Positions 24,574 to 33,771 of a stretch of DNA of 45,886 nucleotides are shown piece after piece (positions within the stretch are counted from its first letter, which is position 1; each line of letters starts with the position of its first letter). The stretch is from positions 1 to 45,886 of the forward strand of contig CAZFBT010000002.1 in the NCBI GenBank assembly GCA_964517185.1, in the 5' to 3' direction. The translations under genes and the position numbers were made by a program. The DNA is from an uncultured Candidatus Saccharibacteria bacterium (GTDB lineage Bacteria; Patescibacteriota; Minisyncoccia; Phycocordibacterales; UBA918). A model generated the notes under the pieces. It saw only the letters and a program-made list of their open reading frames with translations. It was not told the origin of the DNA and did no database searches.

Positions 24574-24597
24574 ACTACAAAGTATATACTTTGTAGT
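24574..24597. promoter_or_regulatory. 24-bp perfect palindrome, probable RelB/RelE operator
   Basis: ACTACAAAGTAT/ATACTTTGTAGT. It ends 2 nt from the antitoxin ATG and overlaps the -10 hexamer. Confidence 0.65.
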
Positions 24598-24608
24598 TTC
24601 ATTGTCAA
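24581..24608 (-). promoter_or_regulatory. Promoter of the relBE operon (leaderless-type)
   Basis: Minus strand reads TTGACA (24603-24608), 16 nt, TATACT (24581-24586), 9 nt, ATG (24571). Confidence 0.6.
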
Positions 24609-24657
24609 TCTCGCAGTTACGCGCGAGTGCACGCCTCTTCTCTCTTCTCTATTTCTG

Positions 24658-24678
24658 TATTCTCTATTCTCTATTCTC
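24658..24678. repeat. Heptamer tandem repeat (TATTCTC) x3 inside a G-free tract
   Basis: Three exact units at 24658-24664, 24665-24671 and 24672-24678. The plus strand has no G from 24658 to 24717. Confidence 0.9.
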
Positions 24679-24695
24679 TATTTCTAAATTTTCTC

Positions 24696-24714
24696 TATTC
24701 TCTATCTTCTATCC
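24696..24714. repeat. 19-bp direct repeat, right copy (TATTCTCTATCTTCTATCC)
   Basis: Exact match to 23850..23868. Confidence 0.9.
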
Positions 24715-24841
24715 TCCGCCTGTAGAGCGTAAAGAAAGGGTCAAGATACCAAACACGATTCCGCAGATGACGACCCTCCCAATTCACTCACACGCCTATA
24801 CTGGCATGCAAAGGAACTGCGAATTGATCGTATCCAGGTGT

Positions 24842-27817
24842 TCAGATTGTAAGTGTATCAATGATCGCAAGGAGTGGGTCAATATGCGATTGCGCAAGAT
24901 ACCCCTTTTCCACATATGACCGTAGGGTCGCCTCAAGATCATTCAGAGCACGTACCTCAAGTGGCTCGAGCTTCGGGTTTGCGGCAACAGTTGTATCGAG
25001 TGCCTCAGCTTGGTGGGTGAGCGCGACGAGATAGTTCTTGTACACTCGTGCGAGCGGCAGCTCCTGAATGCTCGCATAGAGCTCTGCATACATAGCCGGT
25101 ATTGAGACAACCTCACCTTCCGGCGTTAGCACGACATCGACGGTGCCATCTCCATCCTCGTCGACAGAAAGATTTGCGAGTGCACCGTTTTGATACTTGG
25201 TGTGAATGGTAGTGCTCGGGGTAATGGTAGCGATGTAGGCCTCGGCAATGCTTTCACGCGCATCGCCCTGTAGCTTTTCGAGTGTCAGCGTTACACTCCC
25301 AAAGTCGGTACCCTTTATTCGGACACTGTACGTACCTCCCTCAGGTACCATCACATAGGCACTTCCTCCGAGTTCGAAGTACCTGCTCCCGGGTATCTCT
25401 TCTGATGGAAACACGTCGTCCCCCCGCTCCACCGTGTTGCCGGATGGATCAACCAGTGAGAGAGACACCGGTGAGTGGACGCCATAAAGCAACCAGTCTG
25501 TATCTTCGCTCGGTTTGTCCTCCTCAACAAAGCGAACGTTCGTTGATTTGCCGATGAGAACATTTTTCACAAGACTCTGCAATGCATCACTCTCCGTAAT
25601 ATCAGCATGCGATACAGCGTTATCGCTACTGTCGTTCTCCATCGCACGAAGGTTGAGATAGTACGTTGTATTCTCTCCCTCATACGCTTCGGCAGAAGCC
25701 GCCACCACGGTCTCATCGCCGTAGGGCGTGAAGAGCGGGTATGGTTTGTAGATGACTCGTTCAACGCATGAGGGCCGCTGCGTACCCGGCTGTACGACGC
25801 AATACTTATCCTTGAACTCTCTGTACTCAATGCCGCTAAGCGTATTGAGTCCCACACCGACGATCTCAACGACCTTTATGCCCGGCAGTGCGGCCCAGTC
25901 ATCGAGAAGCGCTTCATGGTCGTGGTATGCCGATTCGAGTATAGCACGATTCACCGTGAGCGCCTTATAGAGTTTATCCGGGTCATCTTCACGTCCATCG
26001 GCCTCACCGGTCATGAAGTCGAGTAGTTCGTCTGACGTATCAATGGACTCTCCGTACGCATTTCGAAACTGTTCCGTCGCCTCGCCCTCTCTGAACGTGA
26101 TGAAGGGCGTACCGTTCACGTCAAAATACTTCGGTGAGGGTATGAGCCCATGCGCGCCCGGCATATTCCTCGTGACCTCCCGCACCGTGCCTGCGTTCAT
26201 GATGAGGCCGAATAGTGAGCTCTGATCATACCCGTGGAGCAACGATGCGACTGCCTTCGGGGTGCCGAGCTGCGGGGTGCCGATGAATATCACTCGGTCG
26301 ACATACTCGCTCTTCCCCACGCGCTCTAATTGCGCCATGATCGCCTTGGCGAGGAGGCCGCCGTTCGAATGGCCGATGAGGGTCACCTTGCCTGTGAACG
26401 AATCTTGCGCAAGTGCTTCAATGCGCTCGACCGCTTCGCGTATCTCATCTTCGTACCGCGTTCCGTTCGTCGCTATGTCGTTTACGCTATACCGCCAATC
26501 ATACGCATACGCCTCCCAGTCCTCGATGGCCGCGTCTGCCACCAGTGCATCAAGGAAATCCTCAAATCCCTGATACACATTCTTGATGCCAAAGACCTCA
26601 TCGAGGATATCCCGCGTGTACACATCTTCGATGCTCTCTCCAGATGCAGTCATTGCGAGCTGACTGATGTCTTGGTTGCGGTTCGGCTCCCAGAGCTGAT
26701 CTTCGGTACCGAGGAGCCCATCTTTGTACAGACGGCTCGCCTGGATGCCCGGGAGAAATAATATGCTTGAAGCTCCGTTAGGTTCAGGCTCACCGTCGTC
26801 GACGGTCATAGCCAGGATAGCCGCGAGGAGCGCGTTGGTCTTTGCAAGAAGGTCGTCGTACTGCGCTTCGGACACCGTCCCCGCCTCGAAATCCTTCTTG
26901 AGCTTCTTCAGAAATGCGTTGAGCTGCTCCTCCGCCTGCGCGTACTTCGCACTGTTGAAGAAATCCTCGAGCTTCCCCAGGTGGGCCATGTACGGTCCGT
27001 ACACCCCCGGCCCAAACTCATACCCCTCCACCGCCCCAATGAGTTCCTCCAAGAGCTCGTATATGTCCTTCTCCTCCCCCTCCTCGTCGCCAACCTCAAA
27101 TGTGATCTCTAGATATGGGTCTTTCGATTCCCCTGTTTCTTCAGATGAATAGTATGCGATACCAGAGATTCTCCAATAGTTATCGTTGTTGATTGTTTCC
27201 TTGTTCTCAATATCGTGTCCCTCCCGAATGCAGAGCTTTGTATATCCCGATTTATCTATCCAACTAGTGCCCACTTCATTAAGCTCGAACACAAGAGGTT
27301 GTTCAACCAGAATGGACGAGAGGTCCATATCTGCGGCTCCCTTCGTTGGGTTCTCAAGTGTATTCCCGCAAGTCTCAATATCATCACCAGAGAGTGCTGT
27401 AGAAGATGCCTGGAAACTTTGAAGTACGTTCATGTATGAATATGCATCATCGTATTCATCGTCAACATACGATGGGACCACAACTAACTTCGCTGAAGTA
27501 ACATCAGCATTGGCTGGAATTATCGAGGTATCGAATGAAATGAATGATCTATGAATTCCAAGGTAACCCTGTATCGAATTATATGCACCCAGGTAGGCAT
27601 TGGACATGTTGGTGGGGTAATACGAGGGACCATAGTATCCATTCGTGGAAACGTATTGGGTTGACCAACTGCTTGGATATGGATATGTCTGTATACTCCA
27701 ATCCGATTCATGTGAATATATTCGTAAAGTTTGTGTGTTTGCTTCAGCAGCTTTTACAATACCGAAAGTAGAGACTAGAAGTACTACTGCGATCCAAGTG
27801 TAGGATTTGAAACCCAT
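24842..27817 (-). CDS. Secreted multidomain alpha/beta-hydrolase (LCAT/PGAP1-like lipase or acyltransferase)
   Basis: 991 aa with signal peptide MGFKSYTWIAVVLLVSTFGIVKAAEA. The N-terminal ~230 aa form a beta-rich domain (IHRSFISFDTSIIPANADVTSAKLVV, DNRLRE-like by eye). The central hydrolase has YDWRYS and the nucleophile elbow VTLIGHSNGG. C-terminal beta-sandwich-like domains follow. Confidence 0.7.
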   Translation of the reverse strand: MGFKSYTWIAVVLLVSTFGIVKAAEANTQTLRIYSHESDWSIQTYPYPSSWSTQYVSTNGYYGPSYYPTNMSNAYLGAYNSIQGYLGIHRSFISFDTSIIPANADVTSAKLVVVPSYVDDEYDDAYSYMNVLQSFQASSTALSGDDIETCGNTLENPTKGAADMDLSSILVEQPLVFELNEVGTSWIDKSGYTKLCIREGHDIENKETINNDNYWRISGIAYYSSEETGESKDPYLEITFEVGDEEGEEKDIYELLEELIGAVEGYEFGPGVYGPYMAHLGKLEDFFNSAKYAQAEEQLNAFLKKLKKDFEAGTVSEAQYDDLLAKTNALLAAILAMTVDDGEPEPNGASSILFLPGIQASRLYKDGLLGTEDQLWEPNRNQDISQLAMTASGESIEDVYTRDILDEVFGIKNVYQGFEDFLDALVADAAIEDWEAYAYDWRYSVNDIATNGTRYEDEIREAVERIEALAQDSFTGKVTLIGHSNGGLLAKAIMAQLERVGKSEYVDRVIFIGTPQLGTPKAVASLLHGYDQSSLFGLIMNAGTVREVTRNMPGAHGLIPSPKYFDVNGTPFITFREGEATEQFRNAYGESIDTSDELLDFMTGEADGREDDPDKLYKALTVNRAILESAYHDHEALLDDWAALPGIKVVEIVGVGLNTLSGIEYREFKDKYCVVQPGTQRPSCVERVIYKPYPLFTPYGDETVVAASAEAYEGENTTYYLNLRAMENDSSDNAVSHADITESDALQSLVKNVLIGKSTNVRFVEEDKPSEDTDWLLYGVHSPVSLSLVDPSGNTVERGDDVFPSEEIPGSRYFELGGSAYVMVPEGGTYSVRIKGTDFGSVTLTLEKLQGDARESIAEAYIATITPSTTIHTKYQNGALANLSVDEDGDGTVDVVLTPEGEVVSIPAMYAELYASIQELPLARVYKNYLVALTHQAEALDTTVAANPKLEPLEVRALNDLEATLRSYVEKGYLAQSHIDPLLAIIDTLTI

Positions 27818-27975
27818 GATAATGAACCTATGTTATTAACAAAACATTGAACGATATAATAAAATACCGTTATGTTGAATTATCAAAGTTCAAATTGTGA
27901 ATAAATTCTTTCCCGTACTAAAATGCTGGAATCCGTAGTTACAACGAATGAGTTATATGGTCCAACTAATCACAT

Positions 27976-29247
27976 GTGAATAAGATAAAATCAGCCATCA
28001 CACAATTCCTGCTTTGGAGCCAGAAATACACCAAAGCTGACATGAAGTATGTCGCAAAGAATGGCTCCTGGGTCGTTTTTGGGCAGTTCATGAACAGTCT
28101 CCTATCGCTCGGACTCATGGTTGCCTTTGCAAACTTGCTTCCGAAAGAAACCTTCGGTCTCTATCGGTACATCCTCTCACTCGCTGGCATTCTCAACATC
28201 TTTACTCTTACCGGTATGAACAACGCCGTATCGCGTGCCGTCGCAAGGGGAGAAGAGGGTGTGCTTAGGCCAGCTATTACCTACCAGCTCAAGTGGAACA
28301 TGCTCATGTTCGCGGCTTCGTTTACACTTGGCGGATACTATCTCATACAGGGAGATAGTATGCTTGCTATCTCTCTCTTCGTCCTCGGCTTCTTCGTGCC
28401 CCTAACACTTGCATTTAATACCTACGGTGCATACCTTGATGGAACAAAAAGATTCGGACTTGCAAATATATTGAGTGTGGCATCGACTTTAGTCTATTCA
28501 ACAGGAATGTTACTTTCCCTTACGCTTACTGATAATATTCTCTGGTTAATAATCACTTACTCACTTGCCACATTTGGCTCCTCATTTGTATTTTATGTAT
28601 ATACCGTCAGAAAATTCTCACTCCCAATTTCAGAAAATATAGAAGATACAAAGAAGTACGGGAGAGAACTCACCTACCTGCGCTTCATTGATCCTATTGT
28701 GTCCCAAATCGACAAGATCATTCTTGGAAGTTTTTGGGGTGCGGGTCAACTGGCAGTTTATACTCTTGCCTCGGCAATTCCCGGTCGGGTAATTCTCTTC
28801 CTCAAAAGCTGGATAGCTATAGGTTTTCCAAAATTCTCTGAAAAAACACCGCATGAACTCGATATGGTTTTTTATCGCCGTGTCTTTCAAGGTATGCTAA
28901 TCGGCCTTTTTGTTGCAATTGCATACGTGCTCTCTGCACCGCTTATATTCAAATACCTCCTTCCACAGTATCTTGATGGACTATTCTACTCACAACTTCT
29001 CTCCATAAGTTTTATCTTTGCTATCCCGAACCGCTATACTAGTCTCCTTTTTACCTCACAACGTTGGTCGAAAGTACTTTTTAATCGCACACTCGTCGCA
29101 AGTGGTCTACAAATTGTGCTTTACACACTCTTTGGTATTTTGGGAGGTATTTTGGGCCTTGCGTTTGCATACATCTTAAACACAGGGATCGGCGTGATGC
29201 TAAATATCTTGATGTGGAAGTGGATGAACAAAAGTTTAGCAAAATAG
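27976..29247 (+). CDS. Wzx-like oligosaccharide flippase (MOP superfamily)
   Basis: 423 aa, about 12 TM helices, GTG start. N-terminal pattern ...VAKNGSWVVFGQFMNSLLSLGLMVAFANLLPKETFGLYRYILS is typical of polysaccharide biosynthesis (flippase) proteins. Confidence 0.65.
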   Translation: MNKIKSAITQFLLWSQKYTKADMKYVAKNGSWVVFGQFMNSLLSLGLMVAFANLLPKETFGLYRYILSLAGILNIFTLTGMNNAVSRAVARGEEGVLRPAITYQLKWNMLMFAASFTLGGYYLIQGDSMLAISLFVLGFFVPLTLAFNTYGAYLDGTKRFGLANILSVASTLVYSTGMLLSLTLTDNILWLIITYSLATFGSSFVFYVYTVRKFSLPISENIEDTKKYGRELTYLRFIDPIVSQIDKIILGSFWGAGQLAVYTLASAIPGRVILFLKSWIAIGFPKFSEKTPHELDMVFYRRVFQGMLIGLFVAIAYVLSAPLIFKYLLPQYLDGLFYSQLLSISFIFAIPNRYTSLLFTSQRWSKVLFNRTLVASGLQIVLYTLFGILGGILGLAFAYILNTGIGVMLNILMWKWMNKSLAK

Positions 29248-29306
29248 ACATTACGACAAAATAAAAAATGAATTGGTCTATCGTTATCCGAATCCATACG
29301 AATAGA

Positions 29307-30056
29307 TCATGGCACCTTAATCCATATCGAATGTCCATTAAGGTTATACACAAAACGCCTATCTAAACTTTTACTCTCTTCATTCACAAAACGAGTGATG
29401 CCATCGCACGTCTTGAATCCGTAGTCATCAAAAACAACAATTCCTCCATTTGAAAGTCTTGGCCAAACCCATTCAATGATCTCTTTTGCAGACAAATAGA
29501 CATCAACATCAATATGACAAAACCGAAAGACCTCATCCTCTATATGAACACCTGTTTCATCTGGGAAAACTCCTTCAAGAATCTCAACATTTTTCAGGTT
29601 AAGCTTTTTCATCAGTGCACTAACAGTACTATAGGATGTATCGGCATGTTCTCCTCCATAATAACTTGAGTCTTTTTCTCCGGTTTTCACGACTCCTTTA
29701 AACGTATCACAAAGGTACACTTTTTCTGTCAGGCCGAGTTGCTGAGCATGTGAAGCAATGATTGCCCCACTCCCACCTCTCCAAGTGCCCACTTCAAGGA
29801 ATGCTCCTTGAGATTTTTTTGATTCTTCAACGAGCAACCACAATACATAACCTCGATACTTGTCAACAAGGGTGAATGGTCTAGCTGCTTCATAGATACG
29901 TTTAAATTGTTCATTGCAATTCCAAGGAGCGTATGAAGCTTTAGGAAATAATCGTTCATACTCCGTAAGTATTTGTACATCCTTCTTTATGACAAAGAGT
30001 TCATAACCAAAAAATCTAATAGTTGATTTAAGTAATGAATATATAAATCTAAGCAT
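29307..30056 (-). CDS. TylF/MycF-family O-methyltransferase
   Basis: GAFLEVGTWRGGSGAIIA (SAM loop), LCDTFKGV and GGIVVFDDYG are characteristic of macrocin-O-methyltransferase-like enzymes. Confidence 0.75.
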   Translation of the reverse strand: MLRFIYSLLKSTIRFFGYELFVIKKDVQILTEYERLFPKASYAPWNCNEQFKRIYEAARPFTLVDKYRGYVLWLLVEESKKSQGAFLEVGTWRGGSGAIIASHAQQLGLTEKVYLCDTFKGVVKTGEKDSSYYGGEHADTSYSTVSALMKKLNLKNVEILEGVFPDETGVHIEDEVFRFCHIDVDVYLSAKEIIEWVWPRLSNGGIVVFDDYGFKTCDGITRFVNEESKSLDRRFVYNLNGHSIWIKVP

Positions 30057-30203
30057 AGCAAGAAGTTTTTTCTTTCAGTACATCGACAACGGAATGGGTG
30101 TCGCCGCTAACTCTCATTGTATTATTGCACACAATAGTCTAAATAGCGTCTCAAGTATATAATTAGCCAAAATTTTAATTTATTTTCTTACCCAACTCAC
30201 GTT

Positions 30204-31988
30204 ATGAACGTTCTAGGTCTTAAAGTGATAGGACATGATACCGGTGCCGCTGTTGTCTCTGGAACTCGAGTCGTTGCTATAGCTGAAGAGCGGTTAAACC
30301 GTATAAAGCATTCGCCTAATATGTTTCCGCGTCTCGGTATTGACTACTGTCTTCAGAACCTTGAACTCAAGGATAGCGATATTGACCTCGTTGTTATTGA
30401 TCAGACAGGTCTTCCAACTCAACTTAGGATGCTTGAGATATTCAAACGTGAGACCGGTGATCGTTTCAAAGATGCCAGAGCACTCGTCATTAACCACCAT
30501 CTCGCTCATGCAGCATCTGCTTTTTTTTGCTCTCCATTTAAGGAATCTGCAGTGCTTGTATACGATGGGACAGGGGAAAAGTTTGTGACCCACCTCGGAG
30601 TTCATGCAACCGAAACTGATACACTCTACATGGGCAGCGGGAGCAAGCTTTATGAGATTTTGAAGAATGTCCACATTCGTGAGGGTGGTCATTTTCCGTA
30701 CACCTTCGGCATTGGAAAACTCTATGAATTTATTACTCGATACATAAATCTTGGGGAATATAACGAAGGAAAATTGATGGGGCTCGCGCCGTATGGCAAC
30801 GACTCAGTGCTCAAGAAGCACCCATTTGATGAATGGTGTCGCGAGTACAACGGGCACATCCTCTGCAATAGCAGAATCACCTACCCGGGGAAGCAGCTCT
30901 CCGCGCCCGGAATGAGTCTAAAGGCGCGCGTCCGAAGAAGGATTATTGCTCTCGCCCGTCCGCTCGTTCGGTTCCTCGCGGGGAAACTCACCGAGGATGG
31001 CCTCTACGAAGTCGAGATTTTCCCGGAGATTGAGCTCCCGAAGCCGAAACGGACCAATGAGCAGCTCCCCGACACCTACTACTCGTCGGTTGCGTACGCG
31101 GCGCAGAAGGTATTCGAGCGCGTCGCGGTTATGTTCGGACTGAAGCTCAAGAACATCACGCAGTCCGAGAACCTCTGCGTCGCCGGAGGCTGCGGACTCA
31201 ACATCGATGCGAATATGAACTTCCTCTCTGAAGTCGGCTTCAAGAACATCTTCGTCCAGCCGGCATCGTCTGACACGGGTATTCCGCTCGGCCTCGCACT
31301 CTATGGTGCACACGTCATTGCCGGAGAACCACGTTTCTATAATATGGAGAGTGCGTCACTCGGGCGAACGTATTCTGAAGCAGAGATACTCGATGCCCTC
31401 AAAGAAAGAGCGAGCGATATACGTTTCACAAAACAACCACAAATCGCATCAAAGACAGCAGCACTCATTGCGGAAGGAAAAATCGTTGGATGGTTCTATG
31501 GCGGAGGAGAATACGGACCGCGAGCACTCGGACATCGTTCCATTGTCTGTGATGCACGAAAACACGATATGAGAGATGTATTAAACCTCAAAGTCAAGCA
31601 CCGTGAACCCTGGAGACCTTTTGCAGCATCGGTACTGCGAGAACGCGTGAGTGATTTCTTCGAGTTCGATGGGTCGAGTCCCTTCATGGTACTCGCAGCA
31701 AATGTCCGGAAAGAAAAACGGGGCAGTATTCCTTCCGTGACCCATGTCGATAACACCTGCCGCATCCAAACCGTCACCAAGGAGGCGAACGGGAGATATT
31801 ATGATGTCATTAGGAACTTCTATGAACTCACTAAGGTTCCCCTCATTTTAAACACATCATTCAATCTCGGTGGAGAGCCAATTGTCGAGAGCCCAAAAGA
31901 CGCGCTCCGCACATTCCTTGCGACCAAAATGGACTACCTCGTGCTTGAAGACTACCTTGTAGAAAAGGTGAAACAAAAAGAAGTATAG
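30204..31988 (+). CDS. NodU/CmcH-family carbamoyltransferase
   Basis: 594 aa: VLGLKVIGHDTGAAVVSGTRVVAIAEERLNRIKHSPNMFP, NLCVAGGCGLN, GPRALGHRSI and THVDNTCRIQTV. Confidence 0.85.
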   Translation: MNVLGLKVIGHDTGAAVVSGTRVVAIAEERLNRIKHSPNMFPRLGIDYCLQNLELKDSDIDLVVIDQTGLPTQLRMLEIFKRETGDRFKDARALVINHHLAHAASAFFCSPFKESAVLVYDGTGEKFVTHLGVHATETDTLYMGSGSKLYEILKNVHIREGGHFPYTFGIGKLYEFITRYINLGEYNEGKLMGLAPYGNDSVLKKHPFDEWCREYNGHILCNSRITYPGKQLSAPGMSLKARVRRRIIALARPLVRFLAGKLTEDGLYEVEIFPEIELPKPKRTNEQLPDTYYSSVAYAAQKVFERVAVMFGLKLKNITQSENLCVAGGCGLNIDANMNFLSEVGFKNIFVQPASSDTGIPLGLALYGAHVIAGEPRFYNMESASLGRTYSEAEILDALKERASDIRFTKQPQIASKTAALIAEGKIVGWFYGGGEYGPRALGHRSIVCDARKHDMRDVLNLKVKHREPWRPFAASVLRERVSDFFEFDGSSPFMVLAANVRKEKRGSIPSVTHVDNTCRIQTVTKEANGRYYDVIRNFYELTKVPLILNTSFNLGGEPIVESPKDALRTFLATKMDYLVLEDYLVEKVKQKEV

Positions 31989-32001
31989 AGAGGGTCCTAC
32001 G

Positions 32002-33771
32002 TCAGGCAAGGTTGACGTAGTGCTCGACCTGATTCACAACCCACGCACTTCCATTCATGTGTGGGTCGCCGAAAAATTTATTACGTATCTCTCCAAGTAC
32101 TTCTTTGGGTATATTCTTGCTCTCTCGGATTACGGCAAGAAGGTCTGTGGGGTTCTCTGCAAATAAGCGGTGCTTTGGGTCGAACGTCTTCATGTCGAAA
32201 TAATCGCCCCACTTCTTAGTCTGAAAGAACACGAATGGTTTGTCCAAATTGACCGCTTCAATGACTCCAGTACTCTGACATCCGACTGTGATGTCGCACG
32301 ACTTGATAGCTTCGTGCATCGTACCTTTTAGGATTCTCTGCGGGCCCACTGCCTTTAGTATGTCTGGACGGTGATTCTCTAGCCACGCTTCGAAAGAATC
32401 ATGCGTGTCCCTGAACTTAATATATAGATCGAAGTCCTTAGTAGAAAGGAGTACTTCGAGATATGGAATGACTTCCTCAGGAATCGCAACTACCTCTGAA
32501 ACAAACAGAACTCTGAGGCGACCACCCGAAGGTGCAGCTTCAACCACTGGTTCACGATTCAGATTCTGTATCGGCCTCATTGGGCCAGAAACGAACACTT
32601 GGTCAGTGGCATACGCATCGCTGTATTTCTCGAAATACTCTTGCCACCATTTGCTCCATACGCCATACCTGTCTACAGACAAACGTTTTTCTCCCCTGAA
32701 ACCTTGCATGAATTCGTAGAGATTGTAGTGACGTGAGGCTACACCGTGGAGTATGCCGACAGTCGGGATCTTGTTGAGCTTGCATCCTAGTACCGTATGA
32801 AAGTTCCGTTCCGTAGTCGCAGGTATGATAGCAGCTCGTACCCCAATCGCGCGTGTTATCCATTTCATGATACGGATTGATATAACATCATCGTATACAG
32901 TGAGAAGGTACTGGGTCGCAACTGCTAACTTGAAACGAAGCTCTGGGTCATTGATTGGCGTCAAAACTGACGGCCCGAAAGCTTTTCGAGCTCGCCAGTG
33001 ACCTAGTGTGAGAATGCTCAAAAATCTCCCAATGAATACCACCGCTTCTGTATATATGACTGGGCGACGTCTAGTGTACGCGTGCTTGAGAATGATATGA
33101 GAAGGTTCAAGGCTTCTGACAAATTCAATGAAGGGCAGTTTTTTCTCCCTGAGCGATTCATAGATAAATCGCATGCGAAAATCATGGTCGCGCCCAGTCT
33201 CAAACTTATCACCGGTTGAAACGAGAATCTTCCTTCGCATGAGCATAAGAAGCGGTACAAAGAGAATCGTGAGTAGTATCTGCACAAATACGCCAAAAGG
33301 AAGCGGGGAGGGGTTCCCGCCCACTGAACCTTTAATGATCTCCACCTTACGATCGAATGCGCCGAGATAGCATTTAAATAGGCTCGCGAAGGGCGGTTCA
33401 AAAAAATGAACTTCGTCATACATCTTTAGGTGCATGAGCAGTCTTCGATACTGGCTGAAGGGCAAGCAAAAGCGAGTGAAGATATTTGGGTAATTTGTCC
33501 ACCAGAGCTCGTACCCGTGGTACACAAATGCCTTCGTCACTCGAGTGCCACTTGGGAGCGAGAGCTGTGAAATTTCCCTTGCGAGTTCGCTCGCTTCATA
33601 GATGCTCCCGGCGTCAGTCAGTGATTCAAGCTCGATATAGGAACATCCAGTCACTTTTAGATCGGCGTCGAGTAGGCGAGGTGCAATAACTGTATCAAAC
33701 TGTGCAGAAAAGAAATTATCCTCTGACGAAAATTTTTTTGAAAAAATGACAAGTGCTTTTTTAACTGACAT
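32002..33771 (-). CDS. 589-aa protein of unknown specificity, GT-B/capsule-biosynthesis-like C-terminal half
   Basis: No confident family. One hydrophobic segment (FGVFVQILLTILFVPLLMLM). The C-terminal part (LRVLFVSEV...YIKFRDTHD...ITVGCQSTGVIEAVNLDKPFVFF) resembles the nucleotide-sugar-binding half of TagF/KpsS-type transferases. GAGG lies 6 nt upstream of the ATG. Confidence 0.35.
   Translation of the reverse strand: MSVKKALVIFSKKFSSEDNFFSAQFDTVIAPRLLDADLKVTGCSYIELESLTDAGSIYEASELAREISQLSLPSGTRVTKAFVYHGYELWWTNYPNIFTRFCLPFSQYRRLLMHLKMYDEVHFFEPPFASLFKCYLGAFDRKVEIIKGSVGGNPSPLPFGVFVQILLTILFVPLLMLMRRKILVSTGDKFETGRDHDFRMRFIYESLREKKLPFIEFVRSLEPSHIILKHAYTRRRPVIYTEAVVFIGRFLSILTLGHWRARKAFGPSVLTPINDPELRFKLAVATQYLLTVYDDVISIRIMKWITRAIGVRAAIIPATTERNFHTVLGCKLNKIPTVGILHGVASRHYNLYEFMQGFRGEKRLSVDRYGVWSKWWQEYFEKYSDAYATDQVFVSGPMRPIQNLNREPVVEAAPSGGRLRVLFVSEVVAIPEEVIPYLEVLLSTKDFDLYIKFRDTHDSFEAWLENHRPDILKAVGPQRILKGTMHEAIKSCDITVGCQSTGVIEAVNLDKPFVFFQTKKWGDYFDMKTFDPKHRLFAENPTDLLAVIRESKNIPKEVLGEIRNKFFGDPHMNGSAWVVNQVEHYVNLA

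Noticed and set aside
23850-24717. A CRISPR array in the TCTAT-rich repeat tracts
   Set aside because: The units are 5-8 nt microsatellite-like repeats without spacers of 25-40 nt. No cas genes are present.
24725-24841. A degraded second relE copy upstream of the TA promoter (shared GCTCTAC)
   Set aside because: Translating the frame gives ..PFFTLYRRRIEDRE*, which has no RelE-like sequence beyond LY. The similarity is limited to about 7 nt plus the low-complexity tract.
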